Assembly (NCBI GenBank): GCA_963775425.1
Contig: CAVZJB010000003.1
Coordinates: forward strand, 544,001-608,000
DNA length: 64,000 nt
From: an uncultured delta proteobacterium
GTDB taxonomy: Bacteria > Myxococcota > UBA727 > VGSZ01
Direction: 5' to 3'
Below are positions 36,351 through 45,703 of this stretch, one piece after another (the stretch's first letter is position 1; each line of letters opens with the position of its first letter). A program made the position numbers and the translations under genes. The notes beneath the pieces are model-generated. The model searched no databases, was not told where the DNA came from, and saw only the letters and a program-made list of their open reading frames with translations.

Positions 36351-36375
36351 TCGTGAGCGCCCAGGAGGTGACGCC

Positions 36376-36915
36376 ATGAGGACGACGGCGGTGGCGGCGG
36401 CGGCTCTAGGAGCCGCGGCGCTCGTGAGTGAGATGGTTCTGGGTGTGGGTTGCGCGACCGCGGCCCGGGGGTCGGCGCCGGCGCCGGAGACGACGCACCT
36501 GTCGCCGCCCCCCGCACCGGCCGTCGCTCAGGCGCCGCGGGCTCCAGCGCCCGCCGCCGCCGCCGTCCCCGGCGCGGCGCCCGTGTATTTCTCCCTCGAC
36601 TCGTCGGACTTCGGCGACGACGAGGCCACCCGCGAGCGCCTGTCGGCGTTGGCGGCGTACCTCCTCGCGACGCCGCAGGCGCGCCTGGTGGTCGAGGGGC
36701 ACACGGACGAGCGAGGCACCTCCGAGTACAACCTGGCGCTCGGCGACCGCCGCGCGCGGGCCGTGGCCACGTACCTGCGGCACCTCGGCGTGCCCGAGAC
36801 GCAGGTCGCCCTCGTCACGTACGGCAAGGAGCACCCCGCCGCCGCCGGCCACGACGAAGACGCGTGGCAGAGGAACCGCCGTGACGAGCTCAAGCTGAGC
36901 CCGCCGAGCAGTTGA
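36376..36915 (+). CDS. OmpA/Pal family peptidoglycan-associated lipoprotein
   Basis: Lipobox GVGC, VYF, EGHTDERGTSEYNLALGDRRA, YGKE, NRR; AGGAGG RBS. Confidence 0.9.
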   Translation: MRTTAVAAAALGAAALVSEMVLGVGCATAARGSAPAPETTHLSPPPAPAVAQAPRAPAPAAAAVPGAAPVYFSLDSSDFGDDEATRERLSALAAYLLATPQARLVVEGHTDERGTSEYNLALGDRRARAVATYLRHLGVPETQVALVTYGKEHPAAAGHDEDAWQRNRRDELKLSPPSS

Positions 36916-36921
36916 CCCTGG

Positions 36922-39000
36922 ATGCGCGCGCTGCCCGGTTCCCTGCGGCTGGTCCTCGTCGTCGTCGCGGCGGCGTGGGCCGCCGCGCTCGCGCTTGACG
37001 CCGCCTGGTACAGCGGGCGCAGCGACGACGTCACGCGCGCGTTCGCCGAGCACCGGCTCCGCCAGCTCGAGGACGTCGCCGACGGGGTCGCCGATCGCTT
37101 GAGCGACGTCGGCGACGACCTCGCCTTCGCCGGCCGCCTGATCCAGACCGCCGACGACGCCACCAACCGCACCCACGAGCTCCGCGCGCTGATCGCGGTG
37201 GTACGGGAGTACCGGCTCATCGAGGTGTTCGGCGCCGACGGGCAACGCGAGCTGGTGGTGGCCGACCCTCGCGCCGACGTCGACGCGTCTGTTTTCGACG
37301 AGGTCGTCCGCTCCACGGCCGCGAGCGCGGCGCTCGATCCGGGAGCCCTCGTGAGCTCCCCTCGCTTCGCGGGCGACGTCGGCGGCAGCCTGCGCGTGTT
37401 CGCGCGCTCGCTGCCGCCCAGCCAGCCCGGGGAGGCCGCCGTGACGCTGGCCGTGCTCGTCGACATGGGGCCGCTGTTGTCGTCGACGCGCCTCGTCGAG
37501 AGCAACGAAGAGCTCGGCGTGGTGTTGACGGGCGGACACGGGCGGCCGTTTTCGTCCACGGACCCGAGCATCGCCTCGCTCCTCGACTCGCCCGTCGCGC
37601 TGCAGGGCGCCCCCGGCCTCGCCACGCTCGCGCGCGACATGCGCGCGGGCAAGCGTGGGGTCATCGAGCTGCCGCCCGCGGAGGACGTCATCAAGCGCCG
37701 CGCCTCGGCGGCCGAGGAGCACGAGGCGACGCTGGCCGCGTACGTGCCGATCGCCGTGTCCGACCTCGAGCATTGGTCGCTCGCGAGCATCGGCACCGCC
37801 CGGGGCCGCGCGGTGTCGCAGCGGGCGTTGGTGCTGCAGGCGGCGCTGGCCGCGGGCGGCGCGTCGGTGCTGGCGTCGCTGGCGTCGGCGGCGTTGGTGC
37901 TCGGGGCGCGCCGCGCGGAGCGGCTGCGCGACGAGCTGAAGAGCGCCGTGGAGCTCGCGCACTTGAACGAGCTGAACAAGCGCATCCTCGACACCATCCC
38001 GACAGGCGTGTGCGTGCTCGTCGCCGACGGCACCATCGCCGGCGCCAACACCGCCATCCGCGACCGCGCCGGCGCGTCGCTCGAGGGGCGCGGCCTCGAC
38101 GCGTTCATCGGCGGCGACGACGCGGCGGCGGTGCAGGCGCTGGTGGCGGAGACGCTGGCGACGCAGCAGCCGCGCTCGATGGTGGCGGCGCGCGTGACCA
38201 TGTTCGGCGAGCCGGCGCAGGCGAACGTGCACTGCGTGCCCATCCGCCCGCCGCTTGAGTCGGCGGCCGCGATCCTCGTCGTCGAGGACGTCACGCGGCT
38301 GAGGTCCCTCGAGGATCAACTCATGCGCGCGGAGAAGCTCGCGACCATCGGCGTCCTGGCGGCGGGCGTGGCCCACGAGATCGGCACGCCGCTCGGGGTC
38401 ATCCGGGGCCGCGCCGAGTACGTGCGCGGCAAGCTCGGCGAGGGTCACCCGCAAAGCGACGGCCTCGCGGTGATCGTCGAGCAGATCGATCGCATCTCGC
38501 GCACCATCCGCGAGCTGCTCGACTTCGCGCGCGAGCGTCCGAAGAGCGCGGCGTCGGTGGATCTCGAGACCGTCGCTTCGCGGGCCGTGGAGCTCCTGCG
38601 CTTCGAGGCCGAGCGGAAGAAGGTGTCGCTCGACGTCGACATCGCGGCCGCGCTGCCGCCCGTCCTCGCGGACGCCGACGAGCTGCAACAGGTGGTGCTG
38701 AACCTGCTGCTGAACGGCATCGACGCCACGCGCGCCGGCGGCCGCGTGGCGCTGCGGGTGGAGCGCGACGAGGGCGCGGTGCTCCTGCATGTGGTCGACG
38801 ACGGGTGCGGCATCCCGGTGGCGTTGCAGCACCGCATCTTCGACCCGTTCTACACGACGAAGAAGCGCGGTCAGGGCACGGGGCTCGGGCTCACGGTGGT
38901 GGCCCAGATCGTCCAGAGCCACGGCGCCGCCCTCGAGATCGACAGCGCCCCCGGCCGCGGGAGCCGCTTCACCGTCCGCTGGAAGAGCGCCGCGGCGTGA
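36922..39000 (+). CDS. membrane sensor histidine kinase with a PAS-like domain
   Basis: Two TM segments, periplasmic domain, AHEIGTPL, NLLLNG, DDGCG, GTGLGL. Confidence 0.92.
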   Translation: MRALPGSLRLVLVVVAAAWAAALALDAAWYSGRSDDVTRAFAEHRLRQLEDVADGVADRLSDVGDDLAFAGRLIQTADDATNRTHELRALIAVVREYRLIEVFGADGQRELVVADPRADVDASVFDEVVRSTAASAALDPGALVSSPRFAGDVGGSLRVFARSLPPSQPGEAAVTLAVLVDMGPLLSSTRLVESNEELGVVLTGGHGRPFSSTDPSIASLLDSPVALQGAPGLATLARDMRAGKRGVIELPPAEDVIKRRASAAEEHEATLAAYVPIAVSDLEHWSLASIGTARGRAVSQRALVLQAALAAGGASVLASLASAALVLGARRAERLRDELKSAVELAHLNELNKRILDTIPTGVCVLVADGTIAGANTAIRDRAGASLEGRGLDAFIGGDDAAAVQALVAETLATQQPRSMVAARVTMFGEPAQANVHCVPIRPPLESAAAILVVEDVTRLRSLEDQLMRAEKLATIGVLAAGVAHEIGTPLGVIRGRAEYVRGKLGEGHPQSDGLAVIVEQIDRISRTIRELLDFARERPKSAASVDLETVASRAVELLRFEAERKKVSLDVDIAAALPPVLADADELQQVVLNLLLNGIDATRAGGRVALRVERDEGAVLLHVVDDGCGIPVALQHRIFDPFYTTKKRGQGTGLGLTVVAQIVQSHGAALEIDSAPGRGSRFTVRWKSAAA

Positions 39001-39051
39001 GCTCCCTGCGGCGCTCTCGCCGCCGACGGAGATCGTGAACGACGAGGGCGC

Positions 39052-39142
39052 CGCAGATTGCGTCGTCGCCGCCGCAGGTTGCGCCGCCGGTGCGGCGCCG
39101 CCGGCGAGGGGCGGGGCCGCCGGGCTTGGCTCGGGGGGTGCA
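39052..39142 (+). promoter_or_regulatory. tandem enhancer sites plus sigma54 promoter of the response regulator
   Basis: CGCAGATTGCG (39052), CGCAGGTTGCG (39073), TTGGCTCGGGGGGTGCA (39126-39142). Confidence 0.65.
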
Positions 39143-39154
39143 TTGCCGGCGGGC

Positions 39155-39913
39155 ATGACCCTCGAGACCAAGACCATCCTCCTGTGTGATAGCCGCGCGC
39201 CGTGGTGGCGGAAGGTCGCGCGCGCGGCGTCGGCGGCGGGCGCCCGCGTGCTGCGCGCCGGCGACGGATCCGAGGCGCTGGAGATCCTCGCGGAGCAGCC
39301 CGTCGACCTCCTCATCGGCGAGGAGGAGGTCGCGCGCTATCCGCTCATGCACGTGGTCGCGGCCGCGCGGCTGTGCGGCGTCTCGGTCCCGGTCGTCGTC
39401 GTCGTGGCCGGCGAGCCGAGCCCGGCGATGCGCGCGCTCGCCCGGCTCGCGGGCGGCATCGAGCCCGCGCCCGCGGGCGCCGCCGTGGCGCACGCGCTCT
39501 CGATCCTGCGCGGCGCGGCGCCCACGCCCCGCATCCTCGTCGCCGACGACGACGGCGGCATGCGCGACTTCCTCGCCGACGCGTTCACGGACGCCGGCTT
39601 CGACGTCCTCGAGGCCGAAGACGGCGACGAGGCCGTCGCGCTCGCGCAGCACTTCGAGCACGCGCGGCCCGGCGGCACCGGGATCGACCTCGTCGTCAGC
39701 GACATGTGGATGCCCAAGCGCGACGGGCTCGAGGTGCTCGCGGGCGTGCACGCCATCCGCGGCGCCGTCCCCGTCATCCTCATCAGCGCGTTCGCCACCG
39801 AAGACGTGCGCCGCGCCGGGGAAGGCGCCGGCGCCCACGCCGTCGTCGCCAAGCCCTTCGACCTCGCGCGCCTGTGTGCCCTCGCGCGCGACGCCGCCGG
39901 CCTGGCCGCCTGA
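39155..39913 (+). CDS. response regulator: degenerate receiver plus intact receiver, no output domain
   Basis: First domain lacks the phospho-Asp; second has ILVADDD, SDMWMP, ISA, KPF. Confidence 0.8.
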   Translation: MTLETKTILLCDSRAPWWRKVARAASAAGARVLRAGDGSEALEILAEQPVDLLIGEEEVARYPLMHVVAAARLCGVSVPVVVVVAGEPSPAMRALARLAGGIEPAPAGAAVAHALSILRGAAPTPRILVADDDGGMRDFLADAFTDAGFDVLEAEDGDEAVALAQHFEHARPGGTGIDLVVSDMWMPKRDGLEVLAGVHAIRGAVPVILISAFATEDVRRAGEGAGAHAVVAKPFDLARLCALARDAAGLAA

Positions 39914-39957
39914 GCCGCGTTTTCGTCGTGGCGGAGCAGGCGTGGTATGTCGTGCGC

Positions 39958-40602
39958 ATGTCGCGTCGCTCGCCCTCTTCGTCCCCGCTCGTCGCCACGC
40001 CCGCCGTCGCGCTCGCCGTCGCCGCCCTCGGCCTCGCGGCGGGCTGGGGCTGCGCCACCGGGCCGCAGGCCAACGACAGCACCGCCCTGCGGGCGCGCGA
40101 CTACTATCCGCTCGCCGTCGGCAACACCTGGGAGTACCGGGTGACCCCCGCGCCGCCCGACGCGCCCAACGGACAGGTGAAGATCCTCGACAAGGACGCG
40201 CACGGGTACTTCGTCGACAACCACGGCAGCAAGCTCGCCCCGCGCACCGACGGTGTGTTCGACGGCGAGCGCTTCCTGCTGCAGGAGCCCGTGGAGGAGG
40301 GCCACGAGTGGATCGCGGTGCCCAGGGACCAGCCCTCCGTCGTCGAGCATTACAAGATCACGGCCGTGGGGACGCGCGCGCACGTCCCCGCCGGCAACTT
40401 CGACGGCTGCGTCGAGGTCGAGGCCAAACAGGACGCCAAGAACCCCAAGACCGGCGAGCGCGCCGAGCTCAAGATGACGTGGACCTACGCGCCGGGCGTC
40501 GGCCTCGTGAAGGCGGTGCAGGTCGTCAAGCCGGACCAGCAGCCGCCGCGCACCACGATGACCATGGAGCTCGTGCGCTTCGAGGTGAAGCCCGCCACGT
40601 GA
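39958..40602 (+). CDS. hypothetical lipoprotein (DUF3108-like beta fold, tentative)
   Basis: Lipobox GWGC; YYPLAVGNTWEY, VPAGNF, YAPGVGLVK. Confidence 0.65.
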   Translation: MSRRSPSSSPLVATPAVALAVAALGLAAGWGCATGPQANDSTALRARDYYPLAVGNTWEYRVTPAPPDAPNGQVKILDKDAHGYFVDNHGSKLAPRTDGVFDGERFLLQEPVEEGHEWIAVPRDQPSVVEHYKITAVGTRAHVPAGNFDGCVEVEAKQDAKNPKTGERAELKMTWTYAPGVGLVKAVQVVKPDQQPPRTTMTMELVRFEVKPAT

Positions 40603-40633
40603 CAGCGCGCGCACGACCTGACGCGGGGCGGCC

Positions 40634-42088
40634 ATGAGCAAGCTCGACGAGGCGCGCGAGGTCGCGACGTTCGGCCTCGAGCTCGCGCAGGCCTACCGGC
40701 GGACGCACGCGCTGCGCTCCAGGATCCGCGAGCTGCAGCACCGGCGGCTCCGCGCGGTGCTCGACGCCGCGGCGCGCACCCGCCTTCACGCCGGCCGCGT
40801 CGAGGGCGGCGGCGGCCTGACCGGCCTCAGGCCGGTGACCAAGGCGGAGCTGCTCGACCGCCTCGAGGACACCGTCGTCGATCGCGAGCTCACGCGCGCG
40901 CGCCTGCTGACGTTCGTGAACGGCGGCGGCGAGCCCGGCGCGCTCCTGCTCGGCAAGTACATCGCGGCCACGACGTCGGGGACCACCGGGCAGGTGGGCG
41001 TGTTCGTCGACGACCTCGACGGTTGGGCGCGGCAGCGGGCCGTGGTGTTCGCGCGCATGTTCCAGGGCCTGTTGACGGCGGAGGGCTTCGCGCTGCTCGC
41101 CCGTCGGCGCTATCGCCTCGCGTTCGTCGTCGCCAACACCGGCCACACGCTCACGTCCATCCTCGCCACGCGCTTGCCCAAGGTGGGCAAGGCGTTCGCG
41201 CGTTCGGCGGTGTTGTCCATCGACGCCCCCCTGACGACGCTGGTCGAGCAGCTCAACGCCTACCAGCCGATGCTCGTGCATACGTACCCCACCTTCCTCG
41301 AGGTGCTGGCGCGCGAGAAGAAGCTCGGCCGCCTGCGCATCGATCCCGAGATCCTCACGGCGGGGAGCGAGCCGACGTCGCAGGCGTGCCGCGAGGCGGT
41401 GCGCGAGGCGTTTCCCGCGGCGCGCTTCGTCGAGACGTACGCGGCCACCGAGTGCCTGGCCATGGCCACCGCGTGTCCGCACGGCACGCTCCACGTCAAC
41501 GAGGACGCGTGCATCCTCGAGCCCGTCGACGACGACATGCGTCCGGTGCCGCTCGGCCGCACGGCGTCCCGGGTCCTGGTGACCAACCTCGTGAACGTCA
41601 CGCAGCCGCTGTTGCGCTACGAGCTCACCGACAGCATCGAGCTCGACGACGCCCCGTGCCCGTGCGGCTCACCCTTCCTGCGCGCCGTCGTCCACGGCCG
41701 CACCGACGACACGTTCTTCCTCGTCGACGGCGCCGGCCGCGCGCAGGTCCACCCGCCCATCCCGCTCGAGTGCGCGCTCCTCGGCCTGCGCGGCCTCTTG
41801 CAGTACCAACTGGTCCACGAGCGCCAAAACCGCCTCCGCCTCGGCTTCGTCGCCGACCCGGGCGCGCCGGCGCACGCAGTCGCCGCCGGCCTCGAGGAGC
41901 GCCTGATGCGCTACCTCGACGAGCACGGCCTGCTGAGCGAGGTGAGCTTCGTGGTCGAGCAGGTGGACGGCATCGAGCGCCACGCGCGCAGCAAGAAGCT
42001 CCGCCAGATCACCTCGCGCGTCCCCAAGCCGGGCGCGCGGGTGGTGCTTCCGGCGAGCGAGGCGCGCCGGGCCGCACGACCTCGCTAG
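40634..42088 (+). CDS. phenylacetate--CoA ligase-like adenylate-forming enzyme
   Basis: TTSGTTG, TYAATE, TNL..TQPLLRYELTD, GRTDD. Confidence 0.8.
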   Translation: MSKLDEAREVATFGLELAQAYRRTHALRSRIRELQHRRLRAVLDAAARTRLHAGRVEGGGGLTGLRPVTKAELLDRLEDTVVDRELTRARLLTFVNGGGEPGALLLGKYIAATTSGTTGQVGVFVDDLDGWARQRAVVFARMFQGLLTAEGFALLARRRYRLAFVVANTGHTLTSILATRLPKVGKAFARSAVLSIDAPLTTLVEQLNAYQPMLVHTYPTFLEVLAREKKLGRLRIDPEILTAGSEPTSQACREAVREAFPAARFVETYAATECLAMATACPHGTLHVNEDACILEPVDDDMRPVPLGRTASRVLVTNLVNVTQPLLRYELTDSIELDDAPCPCGSPFLRAVVHGRTDDTFFLVDGAGRAQVHPPIPLECALLGLRGLLQYQLVHERQNRLRLGFVADPGAPAHAVAAGLEERLMRYLDEHGLLSEVSFVVEQVDGIERHARSKKLRQITSRVPKPGARVVLPASEARRAARPR

Positions 42089-42279
42089 GAACACCGAGTC
42101 AGGTCGCCGCGAGCGCTCGGACGCGGCTCAGCGTGATGGGCGAGCGGGGAGCGGTCACGTGTACGGCAAGCGTGTACGGCTGGCGCGTGCGGCGCACGTG
42201 CGCGGTCACGGGGAGGGACGGCACCGACCGCGACGCCGGCGGGACGGCGCTCGATTCGACCGGTTCGGCGTTCCCGGGG

Positions 42280-43410
42280 TCAGGGCAGGGGGACCGCGCC
42301 GCCGTCGTTCCAGCGGAAGTCGCCGGCGGTCTGCAGGTCGTCGGCGCCGAGCCACATGCCCTCGTCGGGGAACAGGCCCGCGGCGACGGAGACCAGGGCG
42401 TCGTGGGAGGCCTGGTGGAAGTCGCGCACGAGGAGCCCGTTCATGGCGGCGCACTTGGCCTGCGCGTCGGCGTAGCTCACGGGCTCCGTGCAGAACGCGT
42501 CGTCGCCGGCGTTGGCGACGTTGACGACGGTGCAGTCCGCGGGGATGGTGCCCGGCGGCCCGTCGACCTCGCAGGCGATCGGCTGCGCGTTGGCGCAGGG
42601 GAGCCCGTTCCAGGTGCCCGTGACGTGGTCGGTGCCGTGGAGCGTGAGACTCACGCAGTCGTTGTTGGGCTCGCCGACGTCCCACGGCGCGAACAGCTCC
42701 ACCGGGATGGGCGAGCCGTCGGCCCACTGCCACACGCCCTCGTGGCCGGCGTCGTTCGCGCCGAGCCACACCTGGGTGCCGCCGACGGCGGCGTTTACGA
42801 GCGCGCTCGTGAGCTGCGTGTTGTCGTCGAGGCTGCGGAGGATGGCGAGCGTGGCGCCGGCGCTGGCGCAGGTGGCCGCCGCGCCGAGGTGGCCGGCGGC
42901 GGGGCACACCGTGCGGGCGACGCCGCCGATGGTGCCGAGGGAGGTGCAGCCCCCGGGGAGCTGGGCTGCGCCGGCCGCGTCGCACACGAAGGCGTGCTGG
43001 TCGCTGCAGGAGCTGTCGTTCCACTCGCCGAGCCCGATGTGATCGTTGGCGATGATCTGCAGGGCAAGGCAGTCCTCGGCGCCGGCGGCGTTGTTCGGCT
43101 CGACGGGGCTCCAGTTCTCGAAGGGGGCTGCTTCGCCCTCGCCTTCTCCTTCTCCTTCTCCTTCTCCTTCTCCTTCGCCCTCGCCTTCTCCTTCGCCCTC
43201 GCCTTCGCCTTCTCCTTCGCCCTCGTCGCCTTCTCCTTCGCCCTCGCCCTCGCCGGCGGCGGCCGCGCACACGCCGTCGACGCAGGTGTAGCCGTCGACG
43301 CAGGCGTGGGTGTCGTCACAGCGCTTGTCGTCGAGGGAAAGGTCTTGCGCGCACGCGGCGGCCGCGAGCGCGAGCATCAAGATCGGGAGCCGTCCGTCGA
43401 CGCCGGCCAT
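42280..43410 (-). CDS. C-type lectin-domain lipoprotein with a GE-repeat linker
   Basis: Lipobox LAAAAC, short Cys module, (GE)n, two EPNN and WND/WNG motifs, two WLG..D...G.WxW.DG motifs. Confidence 0.8.
   Translation of the reverse strand: MAGVDGRLPILMLALAAAACAQDLSLDDKRCDDTHACVDGYTCVDGVCAAAAGEGEGEGEGDEGEGEGEGEGEGEGEGEGEGEGEGEGEGEGEAAPFENWSPVEPNNAAGAEDCLALQIIANDHIGLGEWNDSSCSDQHAFVCDAAGAAQLPGGCTSLGTIGGVARTVCPAAGHLGAAATCASAGATLAILRSLDDNTQLTSALVNAAVGGTQVWLGANDAGHEGVWQWADGSPIPVELFAPWDVGEPNNDCVSLTLHGTDHVTGTWNGLPCANAQPIACEVDGPPGTIPADCTVVNVANAGDDAFCTEPVSYADAQAKCAAMNGLLVRDFHQASHDALVSVAAGLFPDEGMWLGADDLQTAGDFRWNDGGAVPLP
43131..43255 (-). repeat. 6-bp-period GE dipeptide repeat
   Basis: Runs of tcgccc/tctcct/tcgcct encoding GEGEGE. 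Confidence 0.85.
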
Positions 43411-43465
43411 GCCATGAGCGTACCACGCGGTCCGTCGACATGGGGGCACGCCGTCGATGCGCCGC

Positions 43466-44191
43466 TCAGCGCATCAGCACGAAGGCCGCGACCAGCGCGA
43501 TGGCGACCGCGAAGGCGCGGCGCAGGATGTGCGTGGGGACGCGGCGCGCGAGCGGGGCGCCGAGAAAGCTGCCGGCGACGGCGGCGGCGGTGACGACGGC
43601 GGTGAGGGTGAGGTCCACCGGCGCGCCGGCGTGTCCGAGGAAGCCGGCGAACGAGTTGAGCGCGATGACGACGAGGCTCGTGCCCACCGCCTGGGGCATC
43701 GTGAGCCCGGCGAAGAGCGTGAGGGCCGGGACGATGACGAAGCCGCCGCCCGCGCCCAACAGCCCCGTCACCAGGCCGACCGCGGCGCCGACGAGCAGGA
43801 TGCGCGCGGGGCGCGGCGCCGCGGGGCTGGCGACCGCGCGCCGGCCGCGCCACATGGCGGCCGCGGCGGCGAGCATGAGGACGGCGAAGAGCACCAGCAG
43901 CGCGCGTCCGGGGATGAGCGCCGACAGCCTCCCCCCGGCGAAGGCGCCCGCGGCGCCCGCGCCGGCGAAGGTGAGCGCCACCCGCCAGACGACGTTCTTC
44001 GCCTTCGCGTGTTGCAGCGCCGCCACCGCGCTCGTGACTCCGACGACGATGAGCGAGCTCGCGATGGCGCTCTTGTCGTCGACGCCCAGGGCGTACACGA
44101 GGATGGGGACGGTGAGGATGGAGCCGCCGCCGCCGAGCATCCCCAGGCTCACGCCGATGAGGAGGCTCAACAGGACGGCGGCGACCCACAT
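43466..44191 (-). CDS. TauE/SafE (TSUP) sulfite-exporter family protein
   Basis: GMLGGGGSILTVP, GLLGAGGGFVIVP, AVGTSL. Confidence 0.9.
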   Translation of the reverse strand: MWVAAVLLSLLIGVSLGMLGGGGSILTVPILVYALGVDDKSAIASSLIVVGVTSAVAALQHAKAKNVVWRVALTFAGAGAAGAFAGGRLSALIPGRALLVLFAVLMLAAAAAMWRGRRAVASPAAPRPARILLVGAAVGLVTGLLGAGGGFVIVPALTLFAGLTMPQAVGTSLVVIALNSFAGFLGHAGAPVDLTLTAVVTAAAVAGSFLGAPLARRVPTHILRRAFAVAIALVAAFVLMR

Positions 44192-44192
44192 C

Positions 44193-44396
44193 TCAGCGCT
44201 CGGCCTTCTTGAAGAAGCCGAACAGGCCGCCTCCCTTGCCGCCACCGGCGGCCTTGCCGGCGGGCTCCGCCGTCGCCTTCTCCGCGCAACGGCAGCGGTC
44301 CGCCTGCGCCACGTTTCGCATCACCTGGTCGACGTGGGCGCCGCAGCCCGCCCATGTCGTCTTGCCACACGTCCTGCACGCAACCGCTCGACACAT
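44193..44396 (-). CDS. small Cys-rich protein
   Basis: MCRAVACRTCGKTTWAGCGAHV...RCRC; GGAGG RBS; inside the operon. Confidence 0.7.
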   Translation of the reverse strand: MCRAVACRTCGKTTWAGCGAHVDQVMRNVAQADRCRCAEKATAEPAGKAAGGGKGGGLFGFFKKAER

Positions 44397-44464
44397 CTGG
44401 TCCTCCTTCGCCGGTCACCCGGTCATCGTCACGAGCCGGGTGACCCCGGCGGATGAAGTCGATC

Positions 44465-45535
44465 TCAAGCGGCGCGCAGGCCGCTCTCGGTCCACGCGAG
44501 CATTCCGCCGCGCATGGACGCCACCTTGTGAAAGCCGAGCGCTTCGAGCTCGAGCGCGGCGCGCCCCGAGCGGCCGCCGGAGCGACACACGATGACGAGG
44601 GGCTCGTCCTTCCGCCACGCCTGTGACGCCTCGGCCACGTGCGCTAGCGGCGCGCTCTCGGCGGCGCCGATCTTTTCGAGCGCGCCGGTGAGCTCGTGGA
44701 GCTCACGCACGTCGACGAGGCGGAACGCCTTGAGGTTCTGCGCCACCCACGCGGGCGTCACCTCGGGCACGCCGGTGGCGGTGCGCTCCACCGGGGCCCA
44801 CGGCGCCGGCGCCGCGCCGGCGGGCAGGACGTCGTCGTCGTCGAGGCCGCAGCGGCGGTTCGAGGGGACGGCGACCGCGATCTTCTTCGGCGGCGCGAGC
44901 TTGAGCTCGCTCATGATGCGCACGAACTCGTCTTCGGTCTTCCCGGCGAGGCGCGGGTTGAACGCGCGCTCTTCGGCGACGGTGGTGACCGTGCGGCCCT
45001 TGTAGTCGTGCCCCGGGTAGAGCTTGGCGTCGTCGGGGAGCGTGAAGATCTTCTCGGTGACGGAGCGGAAGAGCTTCCTCGCGTCACCCTGTTGGAAGTC
45101 CGTGCGCCCGCAGCCGCGGATGAGCAGGGCGTCTCCGGTGAAGGCCATGGTGCTGTCGTCGAGAACGTAGGTCACGCAGCCGTCGGTGTGCCCGGGCGTC
45201 GCGCGCACCTCGAGGGCGTGCTTGCCGAAGCGGACGGCGTCGCCGTCGTCGACGCGGACGTCGGCGCAGTCGGCGCCGGCGCGCGCGGAGACCACCGTCT
45301 TTGCGCCCGTGCGCCGGCGGATCTCGCCGGAGCCGGTGACGTGATCGGCGTGCACGTGCGTGTCGAGCACGTGGGTGAGCGTGAGGCCGAGCTCCTCGAC
45401 GAGCTTGAGATCGCGGTCCACCGTCTCCTTGACCGGATCGATGAGCACCGCCTCCTTGGTCTCGCCGTCGGCGAGCAGGTACGTGTAGGTGGAGGACTCG
45501 GGCTCGAAGAGCTGGCGGAAGATCGCTTGGGTCAT
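44465..45535 (-). CDS. persulfide dioxygenase (ETHE1-like MBL) fused to rhodanese
   Basis: [36 protein letters not shown]; C-terminal DVRE...CRSGGRS. Confidence 0.92.
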   Translation of the reverse strand: MTQAIFRQLFEPESSTYTYLLADGETKEAVLIDPVKETVDRDLKLVEELGLTLTHVLDTHVHADHVTGSGEIRRRTGAKTVVSARAGADCADVRVDDGDAVRFGKHALEVRATPGHTDGCVTYVLDDSTMAFTGDALLIRGCGRTDFQQGDARKLFRSVTEKIFTLPDDAKLYPGHDYKGRTVTTVAEERAFNPRLAGKTEDEFVRIMSELKLAPPKKIAVAVPSNRRCGLDDDDVLPAGAAPAPWAPVERTATGVPEVTPAWVAQNLKAFRLVDVRELHELTGALEKIGAAESAPLAHVAEASQAWRKDEPLVIVCRSGGRSGRAALELEALGFHKVASMRGGMLAWTESGLRAA

Positions 45536-45577
45536 GGCGTGCCCCGTTTCGTCTATTTCTCGTTCCTTCGCAACATG

Positions 45578-45594
45578 TGCACACCGCGGGCCAA
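45578..45594 (-). promoter_or_regulatory. sigma54 promoter of the persulfide dioxygenase operon
   Basis: Minus strand TTGGCCCGCGGTGTGCA. Confidence 0.65.
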
Positions 45595-45646
45595 CGACTA
45601 GTTGGGCAAGATCTCGAGGAGGATGGCGCTCGCGGCGGCCCGGCCT

Positions 45647-45703
45647 TGTTTCATGTCTCGTGTTTCGCTAGAGTGCGAGATGGCCATGGTGAAACATGAA
45701 ACA
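45647..45703. promoter_or_regulatory. inverted TGTTTC/GAAACA repeats, candidate activator-binding sites
   Basis: TGTTTCATG (45647), TGTTTC (45661), GAAACATGAAACA (45691-45703). Confidence 0.55.

Noticed and set aside
42089-42279. Short direct repeats (GTGTACGGC x2, GCGGTCACG x2) between convergent genes
   Set aside because: Too short to be significant in high-GC DNA; no convincing structure or ORF.
43131-43255. CRISPR-like or non-coding repeat array
   Set aside because: A 6-bp-period coding repeat (GE)n inside a lipoprotein; no spacers and no cas genes.
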